Source: Alphaproteobacteria bacterium
Lineage (GTDB): Bacteria > Pseudomonadota > Alphaproteobacteria > JAUHZC01
Direction: 5' to 3'
Assembly (NCBI GenBank): GCA_030425805.1
Contig: JAUHZC010000002.1
Location: 20,448 to 84,447, forward strand
Length of the DNA stretch: 64,000 nucleotides
Shown in pieces: positions 27,511 to 39,228 of the stretch; position 1 is the first letter of the stretch, and the number at the start of each line of letters is the position of its first letter. The translations under genes were made by a program, and so were the position numbers. Under the pieces are notes generated by a model. The model was given only the letters and a program-made list of their open reading frames with translations. It was not told the origin of the DNA and did no database searches.

Positions 27511-28941
27511 TTAGTCTTCTCCTTGAGCCTTGGAATACCCAGCCTTGCCATCAAAGGAGAAGAGTTTCTCCACATGATTCCAGTCAATGCCCCGCTCTTC
27601 CATTTCTTTTAAGAGTTTGCAGATATCACCGGCTCCTGGAGCAACTTCTGCAAAACGGCACCGCCATGAATCTACGAAGTCCGGGAAATTGAACACGTCT
27701 GGATAAACCTTGATGCCCCGAGAGGAGATGAGCTTGAGGTAAAACCCTGTTCCCTCACAAGCTTTCTCAAGCTTGGGACCCAGTGTCTCCGGCCCTTCAT
27801 CGGCAATTGCAAAAACATCAACACCGTCCCGCTCGACTTTTACGTCCTTGGTTGAAACAATCTCTCCTGTGCTCTGGGGCATTTTCAATGGCTTATATTC
27901 CCGCAAGCGAGGATGCGCAGGCGTTTTTCCAAGACGCTCAATGACTTTGTCTGTGAAATCCGTGGTGCTAAGTTTTTCACCCACCGTCTTCACATCCTGA
28001 GTCACAAATCCCTCTTCAAGGGTTGTGAGCAGAGCGTTCTCTATTAAAATGGCTTCGTCAAAAGCGCCAATATGGCGGAGCATCAGAACACTTGCCTGGA
28101 TCAGAGCTGTAGGATTCACCACATTTTTTCCAGCAATGGTTGGAGCAGAGCCATGAACTGCCTCAAAGATAGAAACATCCTCTCCCATATTGGCACTGCC
28201 CGCAAAACCAAGCCCGCCGACAAGACCTGACGCGAGATCTGAGAGGATATCGCCATTCATATTACTCATTACAACGACTTCAAACTGTGTCGGATCCATG
28301 ACCATTTGGTGAGCACAGTTGTCCACAATCATGTGTTCAGCCCGAATTTCCGGATATTCTGGGGCAATGCGCTCGAACGTACGCTTCATCAGCCCTTCTG
28401 TGAATTTCAGAATATTGGCCTTGGTAGCACAGTGGACAGATTCCCGCCCTTCTGCCCGGGCCAGTTCAAAGGCAAAGCGGATAATCTTTTCACAACCCTT
28501 GGTGGTCATTAACTTCAGGGCCTGAGCCACATCAGGAGTTTGCATGTGTTCAATCCCAGCATAGAGATCTTCTACATTTTCCCGCACTACGATGAAGTCA
28601 ATCTTCTGATCCTGGTAGGGAGAAGGAATGTTCGGACAGCTCTGGACCGGACGCACATTTGCAAATGTCTCAAAAGCCTTGCGGAGGGTTACGTTGGCGC
28701 TTTTTTCACCATACCCAACAGGCGTTTCCAGGGGACCCTTCAGGGCTACTTTGTTATGAGCTAAACTCTCGAGTGTTTTTTGGGAAACGCCACTGCTGAG
28801 CCCTTTTTTGAAGACCTCTGCCCCAGCTTCACAGTATTCCCATGTGAGTTTAAGACCTGTAGCCTCAATGATGCGAATGGCAGCATCAACAACCTCTCCA
28901 CCAACGCCATCCCCACGCATAACTGTAATTGTTCGTGACAT
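27511..28941 (-). CDS. icd: Isocitrate dehydrogenase (isocitrate/isopropylmalate dehydrogenase family) with about 130-aa C-terminal extension
   Basis: Motifs ITVMRGDGVGGEV, ALKGPLETPVG and NLNGDILSDLASGLVGGLGFAGSANMG (metal/substrate site). At 476 aa with a C-terminal extension it parallels the Rickettsiales-type Icd. Confidence 0.8.
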   Translation of the reverse strand: MSRTITVMRGDGVGGEVVDAAIRIIEATGLKLTWEYCEAGAEVFKKGLSSGVSQKTLESLAHNKVALKGPLETPVGYGEKSANVTLRKAFETFANVRPVQSCPNIPSPYQDQKIDFIVVRENVEDLYAGIEHMQTPDVAQALKLMTTKGCEKIIRFAFELARAEGRESVHCATKANILKFTEGLMKRTFERIAPEYPEIRAEHMIVDNCAHQMVMDPTQFEVVVMSNMNGDILSDLASGLVGGLGFAGSANMGEDVSIFEAVHGSAPTIAGKNVVNPTALIQASVLMLRHIGAFDEAILIENALLTTLEEGFVTQDVKTVGEKLSTTDFTDKVIERLGKTPAHPRLREYKPLKMPQSTGEIVSTKDVKVERDGVDVFAIADEGPETLGPKLEKACEGTGFYLKLISSRGIKVYPDVFNFPDFVDSWRCRFAEVAPGAGDICKLLKEMEERGIDWNHVEKLFSFDGKAGYSKAQGED

Positions 28942-29061
28942 GTGTCCCCCTCACGTTTCCCCCAGTATAGAAAGTGCACTCCCCCCTGGCAAACGGTTTT
29001 GAGGAAGGCTGGCACAACAGCTACAATCTTTGTGGTAATTTGTGAGAAATTCCCCTATGTT

Positions 29062-30015
29062 ATGGGGATGAGAAATTCAAAGAATCCCTGGATTGGCGTT
29101 GCCTTAAAAATCCTGGCCTGTGCATGCTTTGCCGTGGTCAATGGGCTTGTGCGGGGATTAACAGGCGGAGCTGAATTCCCCTTTGCTGAAGTTGCGATCC
29201 TTTCCTTTGCCCAACTTGCTTTTTTGCAAAATGCTGTCGGAACGGCTTACATGGTACCTCTCAGTTGGTCTACGATCAAAGCTGGCCTCAAACTCAAGCA
29301 CCCCCATATCCACCTCATCCGCGTGTTGTGTGCTGTGTTTGGGTTGCTTTGTTGGTACAGAAGCCTCTCCCTTATGCCGATCGCCTATGCCATGGCTCTG
29401 AGCTTCACGGGCCCTCTTCTTACAGTGCTGGGAAGTCGGATTTTCCTTCATGAAAGCCTCACCCTCTATCGCTTAATGGCCATTGGTTTAGGCCTCGCAG
29501 GTTCCCTTATCATCACAAAACCTTTCCAGGTTTTAGCGGGAGAGACTGGCCTTCCCTTCCCAGCTTGGGCTACAGCTTTTCCTCTCTTGGCGGCTGCTTT
29601 TTGGGCTGGATCTAAGATCTGCAGCCGAAAGCTAGCCGCAGCTGGAGAATCCTCCCTTGTTATGACAGGAGCCCTTCTCTTGTTTATGGCCCCTGTTTCT
29701 GGCCTCATGGCCCTCTCCAGCTGGAGCATGCCTGACAGCACTCAATGGCTTTGGATCCTGATCATTGGCTTGCTCGCCACAGGAGCCCACATCTTCCAGG
29801 CCAAATCCTTCCAATATGCTGAAGTGACTTTTCTAACCCCCTTTGGATTTTCTCGATTTCTGCTCAGCGGCCTTGTCGGATACCTTTTTTTCGGAGAGTT
29901 TCCCAAGTCCCAAACGCTCTGGGTTGGGACTATTGTGATTCTCCTGAGCCTTTACTGCCTTTCCCTGGATCAACGCACCCTCAATAAACATCAAAAAACA
30001 AGGCAGGCTTTATGA
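29062..30015 (+). CDS. EamA/DMT-family transporter (paralog 1)
   Basis: Ten predicted TM helices and two EamA-like halves. The start is moved to the internal MGMRNS, leaving a 120-bp divergent promoter with icd. Confidence 0.6.
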   Translation: MGMRNSKNPWIGVALKILACACFAVVNGLVRGLTGGAEFPFAEVAILSFAQLAFLQNAVGTAYMVPLSWSTIKAGLKLKHPHIHLIRVLCAVFGLLCWYRSLSLMPIAYAMALSFTGPLLTVLGSRIFLHESLTLYRLMAIGLGLAGSLIITKPFQVLAGETGLPFPAWATAFPLLAAAFWAGSKICSRKLAAAGESSLVMTGALLLFMAPVSGLMALSSWSMPDSTQWLWILIIGLLATGAHIFQAKSFQYAEVTFLTPFGFSRFLLSGLVGYLFFGEFPKSQTLWVGTIVILLSLYCLSLDQRTLNKHQKTRQAL

Positions 30016-30953
30016 TTCAGCGCATTCACTCTTTTTTTGAGACCTATCCTCACTGGGAAGGTGCGCTCTGGAAAACAGTTGCGTCAGGCTGCTTTGCGCT
30101 GCTGGGAGCTTTGGTAAAATACATGACCCTGCACCCGGATAATCAGGGTGTTCAGGTTCAGCAAATTGTATTTCTGGAAAATACCATTGGGATGATCCTG
30201 ATCCTCCTACCCCAGATCAGGAATTTTCAAGGGCTCAAACCACAGCTAAAGCGCTACGATCTCCATGCGCTGCGTATTATCTCATCGAGTGCGGGAATCC
30301 TCCTGTGGTACCAAGCCCTGATTCATATGCCATTGGCTCTGGCGTCTTCCCTCAGCTTTACAAGCCCTGCAATTACCCTTCTCTTTGCACGGCTCTTTCT
30401 GAAAGAACGGATTTCAGCCCAAGATATGATGGCAATTAGCCTCAGTTTTGTCGGGGCGGCCATTATTATTCGCCCAGACCAAAAGCTTCTTCTCGGTCTC
30501 GCAAACTTTGACAGCAATATGCTTTATATGATGATTCCATTGCTCTCTTCAGCTTGCCTTGCAGCTTCCAAAGTTGTAAGCCGTTCGATGGCCTCCCAAG
30601 GGGAGTCTCCCCGTATTATGGGAACTTATCTCCTGCTTTTCATGGCACCAATGACAGCCCTTTATGCCATCCCCACCTGGGCTCCCATGAATAGCTTACA
30701 GCTCAAGCTCATCTGGGTTTCAGGTCTTTGTACGGCTATTGCCCATTGGGCCATCTCCCAAGCCTATGCCTGTGCAACTGTCACGTTTTTGACGCCCTTC
30801 AGCTTCACCCGGGTGTTTCTTGGCGGCATCTTTGGTTTTCTCCTCTTTGAAGAGGCGCCCTTTACAACAGTGTTTCTTATTGGAACTGTGCTCATTTTCA
30901 GCAGTGTCGTTCTCTTAACACTACGCAAACATCCTGCAAAGCCTGCGGCATAG
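30012..30953 (+). CDS. EamA/DMT-family transporter (paralog 2)
   Basis: Same architecture as the upstream gene. The start overlaps the upstream stop (ATGA). Confidence 0.6.
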   Translation: MIQRIHSFFETYPHWEGALWKTVASGCFALLGALVKYMTLHPDNQGVQVQQIVFLENTIGMILILLPQIRNFQGLKPQLKRYDLHALRIISSSAGILLWYQALIHMPLALASSLSFTSPAITLLFARLFLKERISAQDMMAISLSFVGAAIIIRPDQKLLLGLANFDSNMLYMMIPLLSSACLAASKVVSRSMASQGESPRIMGTYLLLFMAPMTALYAIPTWAPMNSLQLKLIWVSGLCTAIAHWAISQAYACATVTFLTPFSFTRVFLGGIFGFLLFEEAPFTTVFLIGTVLIFSSVVLLTLRKHPAKPAA

Positions 30954-30967
30954 GAGAGATAGAGATA

Positions 30968-32137
30968 ATGGGAGCTCCCAAACTACAGGAAAAACCAAGC
31001 ATTGAAGGGGTTTTTCACCTACAGTTTGAAAGCTTTCGAAATTTTCCTCAGCTCAGCCTGAAAGGTTTGGGGCAAATGAACGTTCTCTATGGCCCCAATG
31101 GATCTGGGAAAACAAATATTCTGGAAGCTCTTTCTCTCTTAAATGGAACCCGTGGTTTTCGACGGGCAACCCTTAGTGATTTGTGTCACCAGGGGGAGGC
31201 GCCAACTCTCCCTTGGGTGATTCAAACACAAGTGGGGCCAGCGGAGAATCTTCAGAATTTAGCCACAGGGCTCAGCCCTGATGCCTGGCAGACCGGGCAA
31301 GAAAAACGAATCGGACGCTTTGAAGGCCAAGATGTACGCCCTCTTTCCCAACTGGCATATCGGGTAGGGATTATTTCGTTAACCCCCCAAGAAGATGACC
31401 TCTTCCGAGAAGGAGCAGGCCGGCGCCGGCGCTTTTTTGATCGTTGGGTCAGCACCCAAGATCCCACGCACCAAACACGCCTGAACCGCTATGAACAAGC
31501 TATGGCGGAGCGGAACAAGCTCCTTAAGCAAGGTATCTTCAATGAAGGTTGGCTTGGAGGACTTGAGGACATCATGGCGACGGAATCCCTTGCGATTCAC
31601 CATTCTCGTGTGCAGCTTGCCGAGCAACTCAATCAAGCCATCATGCTCTTAAATCCTGCTTTTCCTCAGGGGCAGCTTTCTCTTCTCACAAATCTCTCAA
31701 AGCTTGCAGAAGATTGCCCAGCTGTCATGGCAGAAGAAAAGTTCCGTCAGCTTTTGCGAGAAAATCGCCCCCTTGATGCCCAATCTGGTGGGGCCCAAGA
31801 AGGGGCACATAAGCTTGATTTAAATGTCATTTTCTGCCCTAAAAATATCCCAGCATCCCAAGGTTCAACAGGCGAGCAAAAAGCTTTGATCTTGTCACTG
31901 ACGCTTGCATATGCTTTAGTTTTAAAAGGCCAATTCTTAGGCGTACCTCTCCTTCTTTTAGATGAAGTTGTGGCACACCTTGACGAAAATCGGCGGGAAG
32001 CCCTGTTCAAAACCCTGATGGATTTAGAAGTTCAAACGTGGATGACAGGAACTGAAAAGACTTTCTTTAAAGGACTAGTCAGGAAGGCTGAGTTCTTCTA
32101 TGTTAGAGATGGCCATGTGGCCCATGATAAGGAGTAA
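30968..32137 (+). CDS. recF: DNA replication and repair protein RecF
   Basis: Walker A GPNGSGKTNILEA, signature-like LSLTLAYAL...LLLDEV, and the recF–gyrB synteny. Confidence 0.85.
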   Translation: MGAPKLQEKPSIEGVFHLQFESFRNFPQLSLKGLGQMNVLYGPNGSGKTNILEALSLLNGTRGFRRATLSDLCHQGEAPTLPWVIQTQVGPAENLQNLATGLSPDAWQTGQEKRIGRFEGQDVRPLSQLAYRVGIISLTPQEDDLFREGAGRRRRFFDRWVSTQDPTHQTRLNRYEQAMAERNKLLKQGIFNEGWLGGLEDIMATESLAIHHSRVQLAEQLNQAIMLLNPAFPQGQLSLLTNLSKLAEDCPAVMAEEKFRQLLRENRPLDAQSGGAQEGAHKLDLNVIFCPKNIPASQGSTGEQKALILSLTLAYALVLKGQFLGVPLLLLDEVVAHLDENRREALFKTLMDLEVQTWMTGTEKTFFKGLVRKAEFFYVRDGHVAHDKE

Positions 32138-34555
<2,418 letters not shown>

Positions 34556-34561
34556 AAGGAT

Positions 34562-36454
34562 TTGGTGAAAACCATGCCCAAAAAGCTACCCTCTCCAAAG
34601 AAGACCCCTTCTCCTAAGAAGCGGTCTTCTCCTGCGAGACGAAAAAAATCACCCAAGCGTACACCTTTATGGATTCTTGGGGCTCAGGTTTTTTGTGTCT
34701 TTCTCTTTGTCGGGGGGCTTTTCTACCTCTGGCTGATTAAGGATTTACCTTCCTTGGATGACCCGGCGTTATTCCAGGTGCGGCAAAGATCCCTTACTTT
34801 TCTTGATGCAGAGGGCAAACCTTTTGCACGCCGCGGTGAAACCTCAGGAAAACCTCTGAAGTACAGCGAAGTCCCACCTTTTCTCCGCCAAGCCATTCTT
34901 AGCACTGAGGATCGGAATTTTTTCACTCATAGTGGCGTCAACCTTCCCTCCATTTTCCGAGCGATGTGGATGAATCTAACAGCTGGGAAAATTCGTCAAG
35001 GGGGTAGCACAATCACCCAACAGCTGGCGAAAAATCTTCTAATTACATCCAATAAGACAACGACCTATAACCGATCTTACTTCCGAAAAATGCGGGAGCT
35101 TCTTCTTGCACGACGCCTAGAATCTGTATTTTCAAAACAACAACTTTTCACCCTGTATGTGAACAGAGCTTATTTTGGATCTGGAATTTATGGCCTAAGA
35201 GAGGCAGCTCAGCGGTATTTCAGCAAACCTATTCACAAGCTGAACCATGCTGAATCCCTTATCCTGGCTGGCCTCTTCAAGGCTCCAACGGCCTATGCCC
35301 CAACCCACAACTTGCAAAAATCAAAAATACGGGCCCGGGTTGTGCTTGCGAGTCTGAAGAACCAGGAAAAAGTCAGTACTCAACAAGAGAGAAATATCTC
35401 CCATGAGCTTGATCGCCTCAGGCGTCCTCCCCACCACTTCAAGATGGAAGACCACTTCGTTGATTGGGTTCAGGCGCGGCTTAAAACAATCGTGGATATG
35501 AACACGCTCAAAGGGGATCTTGTTATTGAGACGACTCTCTCTCCTCGCCTCCAGCGCATTGTTGCCCGAGAAGGCGTGCTGGGCTTTATGTCTCTTCGCG
35601 GCAAAGCTCCTGTTAAACAACTCGGGATGATTTTAATTGATCAAAATGGTGCTGTCCGGGCTATGATTGGGGGCGTTGACTATGAAACATCCAAATACAA
35701 TCGCGTAACCCAAGCCATGCGCCAACCAGGCTCTGTTTACAAGATTATCCCTTTCATGGCTGCTCTGGAATCAGGCAAAACACCTCGCTCTAAAATATCC
35801 GACAAGCGGGTTCGAATTGGGCACTGGTCACCAAAAAACTATGGCTGGCGTTCACGAGGAGAGGTCTCTTTAGAGGAGGCTTTCTCATATTCGATCAATA
35901 CAGCTACAGTAAACCTTTCTCGCAAGGTAGGGGTCAAACAACTTAAACTTACGGCAAAGAAACTGGGGCTCTCGACAAAAGGCCCCTTTGACTTAACGCG
36001 AGTTTTAGGAAGTGGTGAGACGAACCTCTTCCGCCTGACAAATGCGTATAACCATATTAGCCAAGAGGGTAAAGCCTCTAACGCCTATGGAATTGTCCGC
36101 ATTCGAAATAGTAAGGGTGAGATTGTCTTCCAACGTCCCCCAAAAAAAGGAACGCCGACTTTTGCACCCAAAACTTATCAGGATATGAAGACCCTTCTCC
36201 AGAAGGTCATGGAGAAAGGGACTGGCCGGCGGTGCCGCCTTCAAACCTCGCTTCTCCAGGGAGGTAAAACAGGAACCACTCAAGATTCCCGAGATGCCTA
36301 CTTTATTGGATACACACCCCTTTATACCCTTGGTGTTTGGGTGGGCAATGATGACAATAAGAGCATGGGTCGTGTGACAGGTGCATCCCTTCCTGGGAAA
36401 GTCTGGCAACATGTTATGGGCCAGCTGGGCCAACCTGCTCCCTCCAGGCGATAA
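34562..36454 (+). CDS. Class A penicillin-binding protein (GT51 transglycosylase + transpeptidase), short form with Lys/Pro-rich basic N-terminus
   Basis: GT51 motifs EDRNFFTHSGVN and GGSTITQQLAKN. Transpeptidase motifs SVYK (SxxK), SIN (SxN) and KTGTT. N-terminus PKKLPSPKKTPSPKKRSSPARRKKSPKR precedes a TM helix. Confidence 0.8.
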   Translation: MVKTMPKKLPSPKKTPSPKKRSSPARRKKSPKRTPLWILGAQVFCVFLFVGGLFYLWLIKDLPSLDDPALFQVRQRSLTFLDAEGKPFARRGETSGKPLKYSEVPPFLRQAILSTEDRNFFTHSGVNLPSIFRAMWMNLTAGKIRQGGSTITQQLAKNLLITSNKTTTYNRSYFRKMRELLLARRLESVFSKQQLFTLYVNRAYFGSGIYGLREAAQRYFSKPIHKLNHAESLILAGLFKAPTAYAPTHNLQKSKIRARVVLASLKNQEKVSTQQERNISHELDRLRRPPHHFKMEDHFVDWVQARLKTIVDMNTLKGDLVIETTLSPRLQRIVAREGVLGFMSLRGKAPVKQLGMILIDQNGAVRAMIGGVDYETSKYNRVTQAMRQPGSVYKIIPFMAALESGKTPRSKISDKRVRIGHWSPKNYGWRSRGEVSLEEAFSYSINTATVNLSRKVGVKQLKLTAKKLGLSTKGPFDLTRVLGSGETNLFRLTNAYNHISQEGKASNAYGIVRIRNSKGEIVFQRPPKKGTPTFAPKTYQDMKTLLQKVMEKGTGRRCRLQTSLLQGGKTGTTQDSRDAYFIGYTPLYTLGVWVGNDDNKSMGRVTGASLPGKVWQHVMGQLGQPAPSRR

Positions 36455-36573
36455 GACCTCGGTTAGAAAACGTCAGCTTTTCACAGCAATTCGACCACCC
36501 AAACACCTAATTTCCTTGCATTGTACAGACAAAATTTCATATACACATAGGAGGAACAAATTGAGATGCCTTT

Positions 36574-37062
36574 ATGAAACCTGCTCAACAAAAGGCCCGG
36601 CTGGGTCGATTGCTTGCTGTGCAATGTATTTACAGTGCTTTAGCCAAAGACTCCCGTGACTTTTTAGAAGTCCTTGAGAGCCCTGAAGCCCTAGCTTCTT
36701 TTGATCTTTTTGACGAAGAAGACTTAGGTGGGGACGGAGAAGATCGTATTGCTAAACCTGACAGAGCGCTCACCCGTAAAATTCTCACACATATGCAAAG
36801 TAGCTTTGACGGATTTCACACCTTTCTCTCAACAACACTCATCACCCCTCATCAATTTATTGGCCTGAACCTCCTGATGAAAAGTCTGGTTTATAGTGCT
36901 GCGGTAGAACTTTATATGGGGAAAGCCCCCGTTGCAGTGGTTGTAGATGAGTATCTCCACCTCAGTCATGGCTTTTTCAGCCAAGATGAGACCCGTCTTA
37001 TTCATGGTCTTCTCACCACAGTCATCAAGAATGAAAAAACCTTAAAAGAGAAGCTTTTTTAG
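36574..37062 (+). CDS. nusB: Transcription antitermination factor NusB
   Basis: MKPAQQKARLGRLLAVQCIYS parallels the E. coli NusB N-terminus ([20 protein letters not shown]). C-terminal HGLLTTV matches NGVLDKA. Confidence 0.65.
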   Translation: MKPAQQKARLGRLLAVQCIYSALAKDSRDFLEVLESPEALASFDLFDEEDLGGDGEDRIAKPDRALTRKILTHMQSSFDGFHTFLSTTLITPHQFIGLNLLMKSLVYSAAVELYMGKAPVAVVVDEYLHLSHGFFSQDETRLIHGLLTTVIKNEKTLKEKLF

Positions 37063-37108
37063 GCAAAAACAGCCTTGTGACTCCCAAAAAATCATGCCAT
37101 CATGACGT

Positions 37109-37741
37109 ATGGCAAATGATGATATTCCCGCTAAGATTTCTACACATCGACCTGGCTTCGAGGCCTTAACTTCAAAACTTATGCATGATCTGATTGCTCC
37201 CCTAGGGGCCTTATCTCATGGCGTTGAGTTGCTCGAAACTAGCGATGACAAACCTGATGATGAAATCCTCAATGTGCTCAAGGAAGCTGTCGATAAGGCG
37301 CTGACGCAGCTAATGGTTTTTCGAGCAGCTTGGGGGAAGAACGGCCCCCGGGTTGTGCAAGGAAAAGATAACCTCAGTACTTTTTTGCATCGTATCGTTT
37401 CCATTAAAAAGCATCGGCTCGCGAATTTTTCTGTCCGTGAGGATGTAGACCAGGGTCTTCTACGGTCTGGCTTTTGCCTTTTGTGGCTCCTTCAAGATGC
37501 CCTTCTTCCTGAGGGAGAGGTAGAGTTCCTTATCCCTTCAGAAGACACGCTTACAATTACATTTATTGGACGGAATACAAAATCCCCTGAAGAAATTACA
37601 ACAGCCTTGCAAGAAGAAATTATTCCTGATGAGCCAAGCAAAATTCTTTGGCATCTGACAGGTGAGATTATCCGCACAAAACAGCAAAAGCTCTCCATTG
37701 ATGAAGAGGATGACAGGCTCTTACTTCGTCTTAGTGTTTAG
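37109..37741 (+). CDS. chpT: Histidine phosphotransferase ChpT-like protein
   Basis: LTSKLMHDLIAPLGALSHGVELLE..LMVFRAAWG matches the ChpT HPt motif (LCHDFISPASAIVSGLDLLE...LQFTRVAFG), including the phosphorylatable His. Confidence 0.6.
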   Translation: MANDDIPAKISTHRPGFEALTSKLMHDLIAPLGALSHGVELLETSDDKPDDEILNVLKEAVDKALTQLMVFRAAWGKNGPRVVQGKDNLSTFLHRIVSIKKHRLANFSVREDVDQGLLRSGFCLLWLLQDALLPEGEVEFLIPSEDTLTITFIGRNTKSPEEITTALQEEIIPDEPSKILWHLTGEIIRTKQQKLSIDEEDDRLLLRLSV

Positions 37742-37776
37742 ATTGCTATGACCTTCTCCATAAGAGGAGTCAGACA

Positions 37777-37805
37777 AAAGCCCCAGAAAGTTCTGGGGCT
37801 TTTTG
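37777..37805. terminator. Bidirectional Rho-independent terminator
   Basis: aaagccccagaa-ag-ttctggggcttttt is a perfect 10-bp stem flanked by A- and T-tracts. It sits between the convergent chpT-like (+) and nfeD (-) genes. Confidence 0.75.
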
Positions 37806-37808
37806 TAT

Positions 37809-38276
37809 TTAGACCTTTGTCAGGATGTAAACTTTACCCTCAAGACTTTCGATTCTTGCCTGATCTCCTTTTTTCAGAAGATCAGAAGAGCGGGCTTTCC
37901 ATGTTGTATCATTGAGCAGAATTCGCCCTTCCCCACCGACAAAGTCTTTCTTGACCTCAACCAGCCGACCAATATGCTCCATACCACGTTGATTCAAGAA
38001 TGGCTGATCTGAGGAAGCAGGCGGATTAAGCCGGTTATAAGCTAGCCAACCTCCTAAGGTGACCATACAAAGACAGGAGAAGATCAAACCACTCCAGATC
38101 AAAGGAAGCTCAGGAAAAGCATGCTGAATAATGCCTGTAATTGCTGCGCTCACAGTTGTCCAGAGAAGGTAATACCCTCCATCTGCTGTCAGTTCAATCA
38201 GAAGCATAAATCCAGCAAACGTCCACCATGTCCAAGCGGGAATAGGCTGGAGAAAGAAATGTACAAAATCTGTCAT
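37809..38276 (-). CDS. NfeD-family membrane protein (partner of SPFH protein)
   Basis: Two N-terminal TM helices plus a C-terminal OB-like domain (GRLVEVKKDFVGGEGRILLNDTTWKARS). Immediately downstream of the SPFH gene. Confidence 0.65.
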   Translation of the reverse strand: MTDFVHFFLQPIPAWTWWTFAGFMLLIELTADGGYYLLWTTVSAAITGIIQHAFPELPLIWSGLIFSCLCMVTLGGWLAYNRLNPPASSDQPFLNQRGMEHIGRLVEVKKDFVGGEGRILLNDTTWKARSSDLLKKGDQARIESLEGKVYILTKV

Positions 38277-38285
38277 AGCTTCCTC

Positions 38286-39164
38286 CTATTTTTTATCTGC
38301 AAAAGTTTCTTTGGCTAACTCTGCAATTCCACCCAGAGATCCAATCACATTAGAGGCCTCTAGTGGCATGAAGATAACCTTTTGATTCTCAGCAGATGCC
38401 ATATCCTTCAAAGCTGTGACATACTCACGGGCCACAAAGTAATTGATAGCCTGCACATCACCGTTTGCAATCGCCTTGGAGACCATATCTGTGGCCTTGG
38501 CTTCAGCCTGTGCTTGACGCTCCCGAGCTTCAGCCTCTAAGAACGCAGCTTGACGCTTTCCTTCGGCTTCCAAGATCTGAGCTTGGCGAAGACCTTCAGC
38601 CTCAAGGATTTGGGCTCTCTTTTCACGCTCAGCTTTCATTTGTCGGCCCATAGATTCTACAAGGTCGGCAGGAGGAACAATGTCTTTAATCTCAATCCGA
38701 GTCACTTTGACACCCCAAGGCGTTGTAGCTTCATCAACAACACCGAGCAATTTCGTATTAATTTGCTCCCGGTGAGAGAGAAGATCATCCAAATCCATAG
38801 ATCCCATCACGGTCCGGATATTTGTCATCGTAAGATTTACAATTGCACGTTTAAGATCATTCACCTCATATGCGGCCTTGGCTGCATCTAGAATTTGGTA
38901 AAAAATAACCCCATCCACACGAACCATAGCGTTGTCTTTGGTGATGACATCTTGGGAAGGAACATCAATGACATTTTCCTTCATATTTACCTTGGCACCA
39001 ATCACCTCAATAAAAGGCTTTACAAGGCGAAGTCCAGGCCGAAGAGTATGACGATATTCTCCAAAACGTTCGAGCGTATAGTTATACCCTTGGGGGATAA
39101 TAATGACAGCTTTTGCAAGAAATACAAAAACCAGAACCATTAAAATAATCATGAATAGATCCAT
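38286..39164 (-). CDS. SPFH/band-7 (stomatin/slipin-like) membrane protein
   Basis: N-terminal TM helix, then a band-7 core ([16 protein letters not shown]...[26 protein letters not shown]) and C-terminal coiled coil AQILEAEG repeats. Confidence 0.8.
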   Translation of the reverse strand: MDLFMIILMVLVFVFLAKAVIIIPQGYNYTLERFGEYRHTLRPGLRLVKPFIEVIGAKVNMKENVIDVPSQDVITKDNAMVRVDGVIFYQILDAAKAAYEVNDLKRAIVNLTMTNIRTVMGSMDLDDLLSHREQINTKLLGVVDEATTPWGVKVTRIEIKDIVPPADLVESMGRQMKAEREKRAQILEAEGLRQAQILEAEGKRQAAFLEAEARERQAQAEAKATDMVSKAIANGDVQAINYFVAREYVTALKDMASAENQKVIFMPLEASNVIGSLGGIAELAKETFADKK

Positions 39165-39228
39165 AGGAACCTCCTTTTTTTTATTATGTTAATTCACATC
39201 TGTAACTTATCATAAAACACCCGAAAAC

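Noticed and set aside
28942-29061. N-terminal extension of the first EamA transporter
   Set aside because: It begins exactly at the icd start codon on the opposite strand, leaving no promoter for either gene. The internal Met gives a standard DMT N-terminus.
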